DNA of 64,000 nucleotides, taken from Balanoglossus misakiensis (lineage: Eukaryota > Animalia > Hemichordata). Numbering within the stretch: position 1 is the first letter of the stretch; each line of letters begins with the position of its first letter. Location: NCBI GenBank assembly GCA_040954595.2, contig CM082582.2, positions 9,105,483-9,169,482 on the forward strand. The letters are read 5' to 3'. The position numbers and the translations under genes were made by a program. Shown here piece after piece: positions 22,583 through 35,900 of the stretch. Under the pieces are notes generated by a model. It had not been told where the DNA came from and searched no databases. It saw nothing but the letters and a program-made list of their open reading frames with translations.

Positions 22583-23920
22583 GTGAGTGATGTGTTATTT
22601 CTGTGAGATTTTTCCATCCAATTTTGAAAGAAATCGTCACTTTAAAATAATTTTTGGGCGGATATCACGGGACTTTGCCGGGGATTATAGTTCGTCAAAT
22701 TGGGTCACCGAAGTGATTTTTCCCGGGCGGAATGATACTGTAAATTGGTTTAGTTTTCAGACATGGCGGTCAGTTTCAATCGGGGTGGAGCGGCTGGTGA
22801 AGTTTCGGGCAACAAACCTCATCACACGCTCCAAAATGTCTAGTATTCATTCGTCTGGGGACTAGCTGTTACCACAGTCACCGTTTTTCAGTTTTTCAAT
22901 ATGGCTGACTATCGAACAGCGGTTACGGCGAGTACATACTGGACGCGCGCGCGTGAAATGTACAAGGCGCGAGTGAAATGTACACGGCTATTTCTAGCGT
23001 ACACTGCTGCCATTGCGACTGGATACTGCTCCGATCCCATATTTTACGGAGAACCTTCTTGGTGTTGTTATTGTTTGTTTGCTGTATTTCTTTGAAAGTT
23101 TCGAAGTTGACATTCAAGCGACAATCGTCTTCGGGTTTCCAATCATATGTCTATAAATGTCACCTTCACACTTTTACACGTATTGACTCTGGAATGGATG
23201 CTGGCAGACGTGTTGCTGCAATAATTGTAGCCTTGGTGGGGGCCATCAGCGATCAGGCCAGCAAGAGAGTACACCAGCCCACCACCAGAGCTACAGTCAT
23301 TGCAGCTGTACTGCAGCTTGCTGTAATGAGGTTCTGTAGAGTGATATTTAGATTTGTGTTCATGTACTGGAGTATGACTCACATAGTATATGTCGAGCAC
23401 AGACCCCTCATCCATATATCAATAAATCTTCAAAATAATTTTACACTGCATTATTGTATCATTTGCACTGCTATCATACGACTTCCTCGTCTGGTGTCCT
23501 GCGAACACTGCAATAGTCTGTGTGCAGCCTTATTACAGAGAATGTCTTTTTCACTTCCTCTAAATAAAACATTTTAGCAATATGCTAGTGGTGATAAATT
23601 ATGTACCTGTTCTGTCCATACACAAAGATGGCCGAATATAAGTGTTGGCTCGAGATAATGCCTTGGTGACCAATACTGGCTCCTTGTAGAGGGTCAGGCA
23701 GTCAGTCTTTATCAAAGGTGCCAGTGTCACTGAACTGGGGAAGGCCGACCTTGATGAAAAAAGTTTCTGTCTGATATGCCAGTCTTGTCAAATTGTCAGA
23801 CACTAACCAGATTTCATTGCACTAGGCTTTAGATTCTGTCTTGCTTTTACTGCTTGCCTTTCAGTAACTGCACTACCCACCTCAACAATCCTTTGCATCT
23901 GTTGCCCCACCCATCTGGGA

Positions 23921-23943
23921 GGAAGGAAGGAAGGAAGGAAGGA
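23921..23943. repeat. (GGAA)n microsatellite
   Basis: Five GGAA units. Confidence 0.85.
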
Positions 23944-26900
23944 GAAATTTACACAATAAACTTTAAGTAGGGACACATGTGCAGCTTCTAAATCTGAGAC
24001 TTTTTGATTTCTTGTGACTAAAGGTAAAAAGGTGGCTGCTTTAGAAGCCATCCTAGATTGCCCAGCACTGGCTTATTTGACAGGTCAGACACCTTGGGGA
24101 ATCTGAATGTATCAATCCAAGCGAAAGTTTATTCTCACATGTCACGAGAGTTTGAAGATGAAAGTGACAGATTAAAAATTTGTGATGTAGGTGTGAATCA
24201 CATGCTTGCATGCCCCTTGCAAATAACCATCCGGTGAATTCTTTTCCAGTGTTTCTTACTGGAGTACATTGGGGAGGGAGGGGGGGGGGGGGGGGGTGTT
24301 CAGTCATCAGTGAAGAGCGCCACCAAGTGGTTACTCTTGATAAACTTCCCCCTTGGTGTGACGTGGCTGCATGGTAGTGGGGGTATACCACTCTGTTGGG
24401 GGTGGGGTGGGGTTGAGTGGTGTGGGTGGGTGGAAAGACCAGGAGTGCGTGCACTCAGTTAACTGAACTGCTATTCACAAGATGTTACACTGCGACGGGT
24501 TCTGTGACACCCATGTTCTGTGACATGACTTGTTATTCTTGAGTGCTTTCAAATAATAAATATGCAAATCTTTTAGAGTATGCTTTTACCGGTTCTCCTG
24601 GTCTGAATGAAAGGAAGAAACTCGGATTATGCATTTTTTTCTAACAGTACGAACAGTGAACATAACTGCTGAACTGTTCCATCATGGCACGGAAAGCAAG
24701 AGAGACTGCAGTTTTATCGAGAGATCCCTCCAGGGAATCTGTACAATATTTTGACGTACATTATAAAATTTCCATCTTTTCCATCTTCAGTGTGTCTGTA
24801 CTGCCATTCAAATTTGACTGCAGTTTAGATATTGTACTCCCTGCAACAAAATATAAATTATACATGGTAAAAAACTGACATGTCTAGGCTCTCAAAATCC
24901 GAAACTCTAATCCGATGAAACGGATTGAGAGTTATGTCCACACAAAATGACTTTTTATTTCACCACGCCGCTCCGTAGTTGCTTTTCTTTGATTTTTAGG
25001 GAACAGTTTGCACCTGCCTATGTACATACAACAGTGATGAAAGAGGATTTGTAGTGCTTTAACATGACAGACATGTGTTCAACCTCCTTAAACTGTGTTT
25101 GCTGTTGAGAACGTTCCGATGAACAGGTAATACTACAAAGAGCTGGATGTGTTCAGATGACAGATGTTCCGAGTGCCTCAGAAGAAAAAAAATTGAGCTT
25201 GAAGTGTGCATTATTGCTGCATTAATTGAAAGCTAGCTTTTTTATGTCAGCATGAGTGAATAGATAGATGGGTTTATCAGCTTTCAGTTTTTTTGACTGT
25301 TTGGTTGCGGCCAGTAATTTCAAGTTGAAATTCCGACTGATGAAAGTCGACTGGCTTTTGAATTATACAGAAATGAAAATATCTTATGCCCGGTAGAGCA
25401 GTGATCAACACACAAAAAATCCTAGTAAACTTGGTGTTCAGAAAAGAGTACGTGATTTTTCAAGCGTTAGGTAGAAAAGTGCCCTGTTTTTCACATTTGC
25501 CTGTCACATCTGACCATGAGAATTCAAAAAGACAACTGCAACTGCAGCTACGTGAGATGTCACTCAAAAATGAAGTGTTGCACATTCAAAGACCAGAATC
25601 AGCCTGGAGTCCCCTTCTTTTGAAACTCAGTACCCTGGGCGTTAAAATGAAATGAACTGACCTTCAGATGACAGGAAATGGAAAAATTTGCTGTTCTTAT
25701 CAGTCGGCTTAGTTTTACAAGTCATCTAAACATCACAGATTATGCCTGACTAGGTACATGAGTAAAGTATAATTGACACCTATACTTGACTGATCTTGCC
25801 TTAAGGGATAACTCATTTGATATTGGGGGAGGGGGAAGCTGGAACTAACAACATTGTGGCAACAATTTTGCCATGAATATCACAGTACACGTGTGTTTTC
25901 ACATGTAACACCATGATACTGAAATAGAATCACAGAATACTATTTGTTTTCTTTCATGAAACCTTTGATATCAATAAACAGCATGGCATTGACCTTCACT
26001 GGTACATGTACTTGAATTTATTTTGCATTAAAAACCAGCATGAAAGCAAATGTTAGACGACATGTCAAATCTAACTAATTGGAACCGGGCATTCAAAACT
26101 GCATGCTGCAGCTTAAAAGCATTCTTCCTTACAAATGCAGCCATAGGCGGTAGCTGTAAATCGCCGAAGCCAATATATGCCAACCACCAAAGTTTGTGAA
26201 ATGCATCACAGCACTTTTTGTGGCTTCTCTTGTTAGCAAACGTAGTGTAGAAACAATATATAGTAAAATGTTGGTGGGTATAACTGTATAACACTTATGT
26301 GTGTCATTGGCTGCAAATCACGCCATAAAAACTTACTCTATTCACCTGAAAACGAGATCCACGGCAAACTTATTGCACAGAGGTCAAAACGAGGCCAACA
26401 CGACTTCCCAAAATGTGAGGATCACAACCCAAATGATGTGAGAAGATCGCCATTTTCTCCCGTGAAAGAATTGCGTAGTGCGGTGCAATAATGAAGTTAG
26501 AATCTGTGTAATGGGGGAATTTTGAGATGAAATGATGCGATACGCCGTGAAGGTGGGTTAATTATCAGTGTAAAGTTGGTTAGAGTGTTAGCCAGGCGGT
26601 ATGACTGGCTCCATTAATAATTAAACACAATAAAATCGTGGAAATATGAGAAGAATGGGATTGATGGCTGTTATGATCGTTTTATGATCCGGCAAAATGG
26701 CTCTTTTTTTCTGCTTTGGTGTGATAATAATCATACAAATCCACCCCATACATTATGGTGATTTATCTGTTGGGTGGTATCTGATGTTTGAAGTCATGTC
26801 GGTTGGGGAAAAAAGTCTAATTGATCATCGATTAGATGTTTTTGTTTTTGATGGCTTACTTTTCTGCTCACCTATAATGGCATGTTACCCAGGAGGAGTA

Positions 26901-29900
26901 GTGGTGTACATGTATTGCAGGAATTGAGAATTCACATTCTCAGTACAGACATGGCAGTTTTTCAAGCTGTCGGTGAAAAATGGGGTTTTATCTTGATAGC
27001 TGGGGGTAAAAAACTATCGGAAATATCCTGTCATAGTTGCGGTCCACCGTCTGCCATGAAGTGACAATGACATCCATGTACAAAAGACATCTTTTCTGTA
27101 GTTAAGTCTTATTTATTGAACTCGGCGCATGTTCAGGGATTCTGGCTGGCTGGCTGAGTGAAGGATGTTCTTCCTGAAAGGAAATGTTAATTCCGTGCCC
27201 TGAAGTAGCTGTCTCGTTTCGAGGAAAATCTCTCCATGTCTTTATGCAAATCGCTGTGATTTACATGTATTTATACCTCCAAGCCTGGAACTCTTCTGAT
27301 TGGCCAGTTGCTCAAGTTTGAATCTCTTTGAACACTTGTGATTGGCTCGTTTCTCCAAGCCACCCCCTTTCCTTGGGAAATGTGCAAGACTTTTTTTAGG
27401 TTGTATTTAATAGTCCAAACTATGTGTGTAAGAATACAATTTCCATAATTTTGCATTTGTAAGGTATTGATTTTGTGAAACCGTAAAAAAGCTGGTGTGT
27501 TTGACAGATTAGGCAATAAACAACAATTGATTATTATCAACTGTAATCTATCAAAAGTGTTGAATATAGCTAAGTAAAAGATGGATTAATTTAAAGAGAC
27601 CCATAAAATTTTTGACAGCTGAACGTTGACAGGAAACTGAGCTGGTGATTACTGCTCAATTAATTAATTTGCAATTAATTTGCCACAGCCAATAACTGTG
27701 ATCTTGATTTATCAATTTTGTATGAGGCGACTAGACAGACTAGGCAGACCTCGGAGGGCAGTAGACCTGTATGGCTCAGGCACACTCAGTTTCTGCAGTG
27801 CTAAGTGATTGACCCAATCCTGCTGCCCCAGAATTGGATGAAAGCGTACATTGCTACAAAATGCAGCTGTGGAAATTTCAATTTCCTTTTCTCGGGCGTA
27901 CAGTTTGACGAGACAAATTGAAAATAAAAAGCATTAAGTGAGGCAGTAAATTTCTGTTTTCAGCCAAAATTACAGCCACTGAAAGAAAGTCCACAACATT
28001 TAGAATGTTTGCCAAATTAGACATTTTCCGTGCAATATTTCTCTTCTCCCGTCAGCCTTTCAGGGAATTTTATTAAAATAACACCGAGAAGTGTGCTTTT
28101 TGCCAAATTTCGAGAAATGTGTCGATTAATCACTTCAAAGTCTATTCACGATATAAACTAAAACAACATAGTACTTTGAAAAATTTACTTTAGAAACGTC
28201 AAAATAATATATTTGACGAGGTAAAATAAGTCTCTTGGGGATTAGTGCATGCAGGTTTAGGCTCTAGGCCGATCATACCGCAGGCAGTGGGAAAAACACA
28301 TTCCAGGTGTGTGCCACTGTTGTAAAATGTAAAAATGTGAACATTATTGAATAACAGACATAAAAACCGGACTTTAATGTTTCAAAAGAACAAAAAAGAG
28401 AGACCACATGTGAATGTGTTGTGGAGTTGCTGTGTATTCTGGGAAACTGTCAGTTTCGTGAAAAAGGATAGTTTGAGTTGGAGGGATGGGGTTGACATTT
28501 CAATATGTTAATAGTGCACTCGGAGGAGAGCCTGGCGGTCCAAGGTTAGACAACGCGGCTACCCGTCTTGCCTTCCTTTCTTGAACTCTGGCGAATAAAA
28601 AAAAAAAACGCTACCTTCCTCAAGGCAAAGTGCTTTTGCACCGCTGGAACATTAAGTATAGGTTGCATCAAGCGGGTGGGCGTTTCGTTGATAACGTGTG
28701 ACAAGGTAATGATATTAATGTCACCGTGTTGCACAAGTGGTTTTCACACGTTTTGGTTTCTACGCGCCCGGCAGATTCTTTTCGCCCCTTTTTTTTATCT
28801 TTTCGACGAGATGGGATTCAGAGAGGACCGGCTTCTGTAGATGTGGACAGCTTGAATGTGGACAGTGTGTTTCTCCCCCCGGGTGAATCTCCGTCACACT
28901 GGAGGCTCGTAAAAGGCCTATCATGATTTATGGGTCTTTACCTTAGCCGCATACGCAATGAGATTCATATCATATATGCATAAATTGATCCATGATGCAG
29001 TTTTTTCTTCTTCTAATACTTCGTTCGATGCAGTGAGTCCCTCTGAGCACTGAGTTGGTCGGTCGTCTGCACGCAACTAACCGCTGACTCCCCTGTGGTA
29101 CTCTCTGGCAACTGCGTGTTATAAATAAGCCATGGGTTGTGCTTTGTGAGGCAGTATACTGCAGGCATCTGACTCGGCATCTGCACACAAAAGCTTGCTC
29201 CTCGGTGAACATGCAACTCCAGTGATAGCTGGGTATAAGAATAGGGTTATTTTTGTGTGTGCGCGTGAAAGGCCGGCAACAATGAGGACTCGTCGGGAGC
29301 TCCGCTAATTGGAGTGAAGTGTGCGGCCCGCTGAAAATGAGGTTGTTGGTTTGTGTTCCCCATTCATAATTCGCTGCGGCCGTGGAGCGATGTGCCAGTG
29401 AGCAGAGAGAGCACACGCGCCCGTGTGTGTGTGTGCGTGCGTGCGTGTTTGTGCCGGCAGCCCCTGTTTGCAGTACGTATACTCCGAACGGCATCATGGT
29501 GGACTGCTGGACCAAGAGCGTGGAATCGCCGGTACATTTCCAGTGCCACTGTATCCGATGTGCTCCGTTGAGCTGGCTGCTGAGGATTATGAGTGCCGCT
29601 GCGGCCATGCACATCAAGACAGGTAAAAGTTTAAAAGAAAAAAAAAGGATCATCTGTCATCGTTACCTGTGCATGTTCAGATACCCAGAAAAACTTTCAA
29701 CTCGGAAGGTCCATTGTTGATAGAAATTGAACCCAGAATAAGTGAGCCAGCTGAAATTTTTTTCTGGATAAAATTTTACTGTTTATTAATTTTTTTTTAA
29801 AATTGTGTGTACACATGTGTGTACATACATCTCTCATCATATACATCAAAGTACATGTCAGTACTATGCCAGTGACGTAAGTTACTTGGGCATTGCGCCG

Positions 29901-32900
29901 TGTATCAATTACATTGATGGATGTCAGATTTTTACTTCAATTTCCTCTTGCCTTCTCCATGGTAAATTTGATTGAAATAAGTACAATATAAAATAACATG
30001 GTATTTTTACGGAATAATTCGATTTAGCAAATTGCATTTTTCCACTGAGTCACGCACTTAACTCCGCAAATCTCTATGCATTTTTATGATTTTTTTTTGC
30101 CCCAGATTAGTCATAAAATTTGTAAAATTTTCTTCAAAAGAACAGGATTTGAATATGAATTACATTGCAAGAATTGCCATTTAACTTTCGTGAAAATGTT
30201 AAAATTAACGTCACGGTGGTGAAATTCCTTTTATGAAAAGGAAATGCTTTTTCTGACGTAATTGAATATTTCTACCTTAAAAATTTTTTTACTCCTAACA
30301 TTTAACGGGTAGGGGGAAAAAACTTGACTTCTCGCCTGAGGAGGTTGATGTGTTTTGTCCCATCAAAATATCCAATATTTGAAAGGCTGTCATAGGTGCA
30401 GCGAAGTAATTCCATTTTTGGCGTAGCGGTGGGAATAGGCCTTATACTGGGGATAGCGTAATTTCCGGATAACGGGACTGGCAAGTTGTCAGAGCTAGGC
30501 AAAAGTCAAGAGACCAGAATGGAATTCCCGTGGCTTGCGGAATAGTCCCAGACGCGAGCGGAATGGGATCGTAAAAAGAAATTCTATTGGTTTAATTCAT
30601 CGGTAAGAGACACCGTTTTGTCTTCGGTATCTGAATACTAAATCTTACCTCCTGAGAGATGCCATGGATATGACCAGGGTATGACTTTAAAACGTTTCCT
30701 GTATACCCAAATTAGACTTGCAGCTATAGCGTGTGTACGAGTTTAATTCTGAAAGCTTTTTTTTTAACAAAGTATCACGCATGTGTAATGAAGTCCCCTA
30801 TAATAAGTATCTGTGAATTGTGAGCACTTTTGTTAGACTTTTCGTTCTGAAGACTAAATTGTTCTCAGCACCTTGCTTTTTTTCACAAATGATCACTGAA
30901 CTGTATCGGCTTTGTCAATTGTAAATTTTCCATTCAGAGACTTTACAAAAGTGGACCTTGGCTTTCTGAAACCTCACCGTGACGTTTTGCTGTCTTTCTA
31001 ACACGTGCCGTGTGCTTAGTTTTTGTATTAAGCATCATGTGCAGTGAAGATTGTGTAAGCCGTGTGCACATGCATTTTGATGTTTGAAATTGAGATAATC
31101 GAGTGGTGTAGGCTCCTCTTGTAAAAGCCTGGAAAAGATGATAAATGTCAAAAATAATATAGCTTGCTCTCTCAGAATTAAGATAATTCGCACAAGATGA
31201 TACTGCACAGCAAATTGTACACGGAGAAAATGTCAAATAGTGGATCATATGGAATTGTCTTTAGGTATAATGGATAGAGTTTGGTACAGTATAGCGACAC
31301 TTAAATTTCTTGCGTCAATAAAGCAAAAAAATGGCATATATGGTCAGATCCATATATCATTGTTCATTGTATATATTTGACATGTAAATTATCTACGCAC
31401 GTACATCATTCAGATTTTACTCCGCTGTAGCTGTGGTTTTTGTGGTTTGTGCGGCTGTTTAATTTTTCTCATTATAACCCTATTACATGTTCAAACATGG
31501 ATCATGCAGTCATTCAGAGAAAAAGGCAACGGAAAAATAAACCCTTGAAACAGCAATATTTTAATGTGTAAAATAAATCATAGAAGTTTAATGTTGTACA
31601 ACTATTCCCATTGTTAAATGTTCGGACATAACACTGGTATTCCATGTTTCTGTCAGTTTTTCTATAAGAAAAAAATCAGGGGGGGGGGGTATTCTGAGAG
31701 TTGCCAGTGAAATGTCTCGGAGAATGGTACAAGACTTTGAATAAGATGTTTTGAAACTGAAACCAGATGAGCTAAAGGCAAAATAATGTGTTTTTGTAAG
31801 GAATCATGCAGTTCAGAGCACGGCCGACCATTCTCCGCAAAAGCCAATCACTCAACCGTGGCATTAACGCTTGTGTCCTATACAAGAAAAAATATTAGCT
31901 GTGGCGAAAAGAAATATGAGATGCTTGCATTAGAGCAAAGTTGGCGCGGATTGATCAATTTGATGACAGTCAAGAGTGGAGTTTTTTGGGTCGTGCCAGA
32001 TGGATGTGACATCTGACCATTTTGCATAGAACTTTATCACGCCGGCGACCTGTCAATCTCGCAGACCATGCCCATGAATTATACACAAGCGACCTGTGTG
32101 ACCAACTTCATTCACCAGGTAAGAGGAATATTCCATTGCTGCCGGGTGCAGTGTGCTGCCAGAGAGGGGCATACCTTCCGACAGTAAAAATCATCGTAGG
32201 ATAGCTCCACCCTGATTCGAGCATCTGAGAAATCGAAATAACTGAGCTGAAACATCGGTAAACGTTAATTGTTGAAATTAAATGCTGATGTCACTCACGT
32301 TTCGCAGATCCGGCCCACCCTTGCTCTGAAATGGAATAGTCTAATATCTCTGAGGAGAACACTTTGCCATTCATGCGTTTTTTTCTCGCTCTCTCTAAAA
32401 AGTCACAAGTTAAATTGCTTCTAACGTTTCTCGAAGGGTTGGAAGAGACCTATTGGGAAAATAGCGGGACCGTGTGCGCCGTGAAAGTAACCCCTTCACT
32501 TTGCATCTGCCAGTGAATGCATCACATAACTCTGACTCATTCATATTTCATCAACTTTAATATTGATAGAGAGATGCTTTTCTGAGGAAAGTCAATCTTG
32601 TACTGAAAATTATAGTCACTCCCCAGTGGAGATTCCTGATTTTTTTTTCTTCTCTCTCTCTCCCTTCAGCAACAGCTTAGTTTTTCACTCAAAGGTTATA
32701 AAAACGAATGGCACACTGGTAAAAAGAATTATGATCAACAGTACAGATTTAGAGATTACAACAAGTATTTTTTTAAAGAAGATTGGCATCCACGTACATG
32801 TACCTATCACATTCTGTTGGAAAAATGCACACAAAACATATTGCTTGGACACAGTACTACATGTATAGATGACAAACGAAATAGTTGTATGTAAGTGTGA

Positions 32901-35900
32901 ATCCACCTTAAAAAAACATCCATAGCCAGTATCAATTGTAGCCAGTTCAAAAAACCCATAGCCGATATAATGGGGTAGCCATTTCAAAAAGCCCTCTTAG
33001 TGGATGTGAGTTCTACTATGAATGAAACAGACGCTTTCTGCGCTTTCCTACATGTGATCGGCATAATTTCACCCATTAAACACTCTTTGGTGAAAATATT
33101 TTGATTTGTCAATTTCCTTTTGGACTCCTTTTGTGAGGGGGAAAAAATATCGCTGTGCAATTTGTCAGCATGTTCGCTACACTTCATTATTAATTCTCCT
33201 CTGATAATATTTTCCATTCAGCCGCTCTGAATGCTGTCAACACCCACAGAAAAACCAACAAAGAGGGAAATCAAATTTTAGTGGGGGTTGCTTGTTTCCC
33301 TCGTATAGACTGTGCCCACAGATTGCTGTTTTTCGCTAATTGCGCCCAAATAAATCAAATCAGCCGCCTGAACTGTGATTGCCGCAGAAATGGCAAATTA
33401 GTCTGACACGGTGGAACCACGGCGGCACACCGATCCTCTCCCAGAGCTATTACAATCATGATAATTGTTAAAGGTAGGAGCTGGGTTGAGTTGATTGGAT
33501 GTCGCAACCTTGGCTTGGTTCGCAACACGGAGCTCTGCACTTGGTTAATTATGTTGATCCCGCAGATATTGAAGCTGTGTCACCCCGAGACTTTCGCCTT
33601 GGAATTATGGAAAATTAACGCGAATGATTTTTTTGATTGAATTCCTGACGTATCAAGCATAGAGATCCGGGTTTTTTTTAAATTTCACCTCAAGTTTCAG
33701 CGTCAGTCTGGAAAATGTGACGGAGTTGAAGTGAGAAACCTTAAAAGTAGAAAAAGAAATGTCAGAATGCAATGTACATTTACAAATGACATTTTAAAGG
33801 CACTGTGACAGGGTTGATGTGCGAGTTTTTTCTTTCTTTTTTGGGGGGGAGGGGGGGGGGGGAGTTTTTCTGATTTTTAAAAAACTTCCAAAAAAACACA
33901 TCCACCCCAGTACACAAAATTCTTCTGTCTGTGAAAAAAACAAGATTTTTTTTGGAAGTGCATATATTCATGAAAATTCTTCAACTTTGCCTCATCTGCG
34001 AGCAAAAACACACCAACTTTGCCACCGAGAGTGAAAACTAATGATTTAGCCAAATTGCTTTTTTGTTAGAGGGATCTACAAACTGACATTGTGGTGGGTT
34101 AACGCCCACGTATTATTTCCACATATATAATTGTGCATACGCACCTCTGTGTTACTTTCCAAAGCCACAGTGTTTAAAGTGATAAAATGGTGTGGCGCAT
34201 TAATAGAGATTGCCGTGCATAAGTGAATAGACTCGTTTAAATCTGAATCGCACCCATATGAGAAAAATAAAATTGACGGGAATCTTTTTACTGCAATAAA
34301 TGCAGATTGTTCGTTCAATATGAGAGTAGTCTTTTGCCCGGGGGGGGGACTTTGGGACATGTCCATTTGTACTCCGAAGGGCAATCGCTCAGACACGAGG
34401 TAATTAGAATAATTTTTCCCGTGACCTCTTTATGTATAAAAGTAAGATGGTAATTAAGATACCAAAGTGGGTCTGTGTGAAAAGTTTTTGAAATTTTGAC
34501 ATTTCATGTCTTGGGAATAGGCCCTAAACTCGAAAGTTGTCATAAAAATTTGAGGTTCCTCGCACCAATTGCGCAGTGTGCTGCCATGCGGTAATGGCTA
34601 ATTTATTTTTGTACAAATGAAAAGTGACTTGAAAATTTGATGCATCAGAGATAACAAATGGAATGGGCTGGCTACAAGCAAGCGAGAAATTTGAGTTTTA
34701 AATAGCATGTGCTTAAACTTTGAAAGCTGGCCGACCTGACCCGAATATGTAAAACTGTCAGCTTATTTGCCGAGCATTGTCATCTTTTCCCTCAATAGAT
34801 ACACATGTGGTGCCTGGACCCTTTTTTTGTAAACTTTTAACTGGTTCTACATGTAATCAAAGAGAAAGTGGACGTAAACCCTGTTTGCAATGTTTGGTCT
34901 CCACTATTATGTCCCTTTTCTCAGCTGACCACATCACAATATCCCAGTTTTCCATAAAACACACCTGGTCCAGTGCCTGACACCAGTGCTCTGTACATCC
35001 ATGGATTGCAGAGTTGGAGAAAAAAAATATTACTGCCTCTGGGAACAAAACAGCGATCAAACTTCACATATTGGCTGGAAGTGTAGCATTTTTCCTCCCA
35101 TCGCTGATTTCAGCAAGTTGGAGACTAGATAATGAATGCCTAGCAGGCAATGCCAGTGCTTGCTTGCAGGCTTTTAATGTCGGATGAAAAAAATTGGATT
35201 TCACCCGGCACAGAAGGGACAGGAGAAGAGGGGGGATTTCACTCAGTCGATGTATCTGGAGGGAAGTACATGTACATAAATCAAATCAGCTGTAAAATTG
35301 ACAGCGTCACTTCTTTTGACTTGATCAAATTCAGAACTTGTCTACGAACACGTACGTGTGTGCCCAGCTTGTTAATGTTGAAATAACAGTGACCCCCGTC
35401 TCTCGATGAGTTCTGCAGTCACAGGCCTGACGTTGTGACAACTTATTAATCCGTATTCAGAGATATGCAAGTATAAATCCCCACAAAAAGCAACTTACAA
35501 ATGCAATATGTAAAGCCCCTCTGCTGGCAATAGCTCTGCATTAGTCTGCAGAGAATTCAACATTTTGAATAACCGCGACCAGTATGCATGAACATGATTT
35601 TCTTTTTATTTCATTTCAAGTTTGAGATTATCTCCTGTGTGTCGTTTCGTTTTATACAAATATATTAATGCGATGGTGGATTGATTGAAATATAATTTAG
35701 GTGTTATGAATGGCGAAGACAGGGCCTTGTCAAATCCTTACCGTACGCCAAGAGCCGTATTAAGGGCAGGCGTACAGCTGTTGCGTCCGATTTTCATGAC
35801 CGCAAGGAAATTCAGAGATGGGAGATGACGTAGAGTGAAACGCTCCCATTCGCTGGAACCGTCTGACATTTTAAGATTGAATGCACTGCCCCCTGACTTT

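Noticed and set aside
22978-23577. 199 aa ORF in intron 1, and the 227 aa ORF at 28970-29653 (-)
   Set aside because: Composition is not protein-like, there is no recognisable domain, and part is microsatellite-derived.
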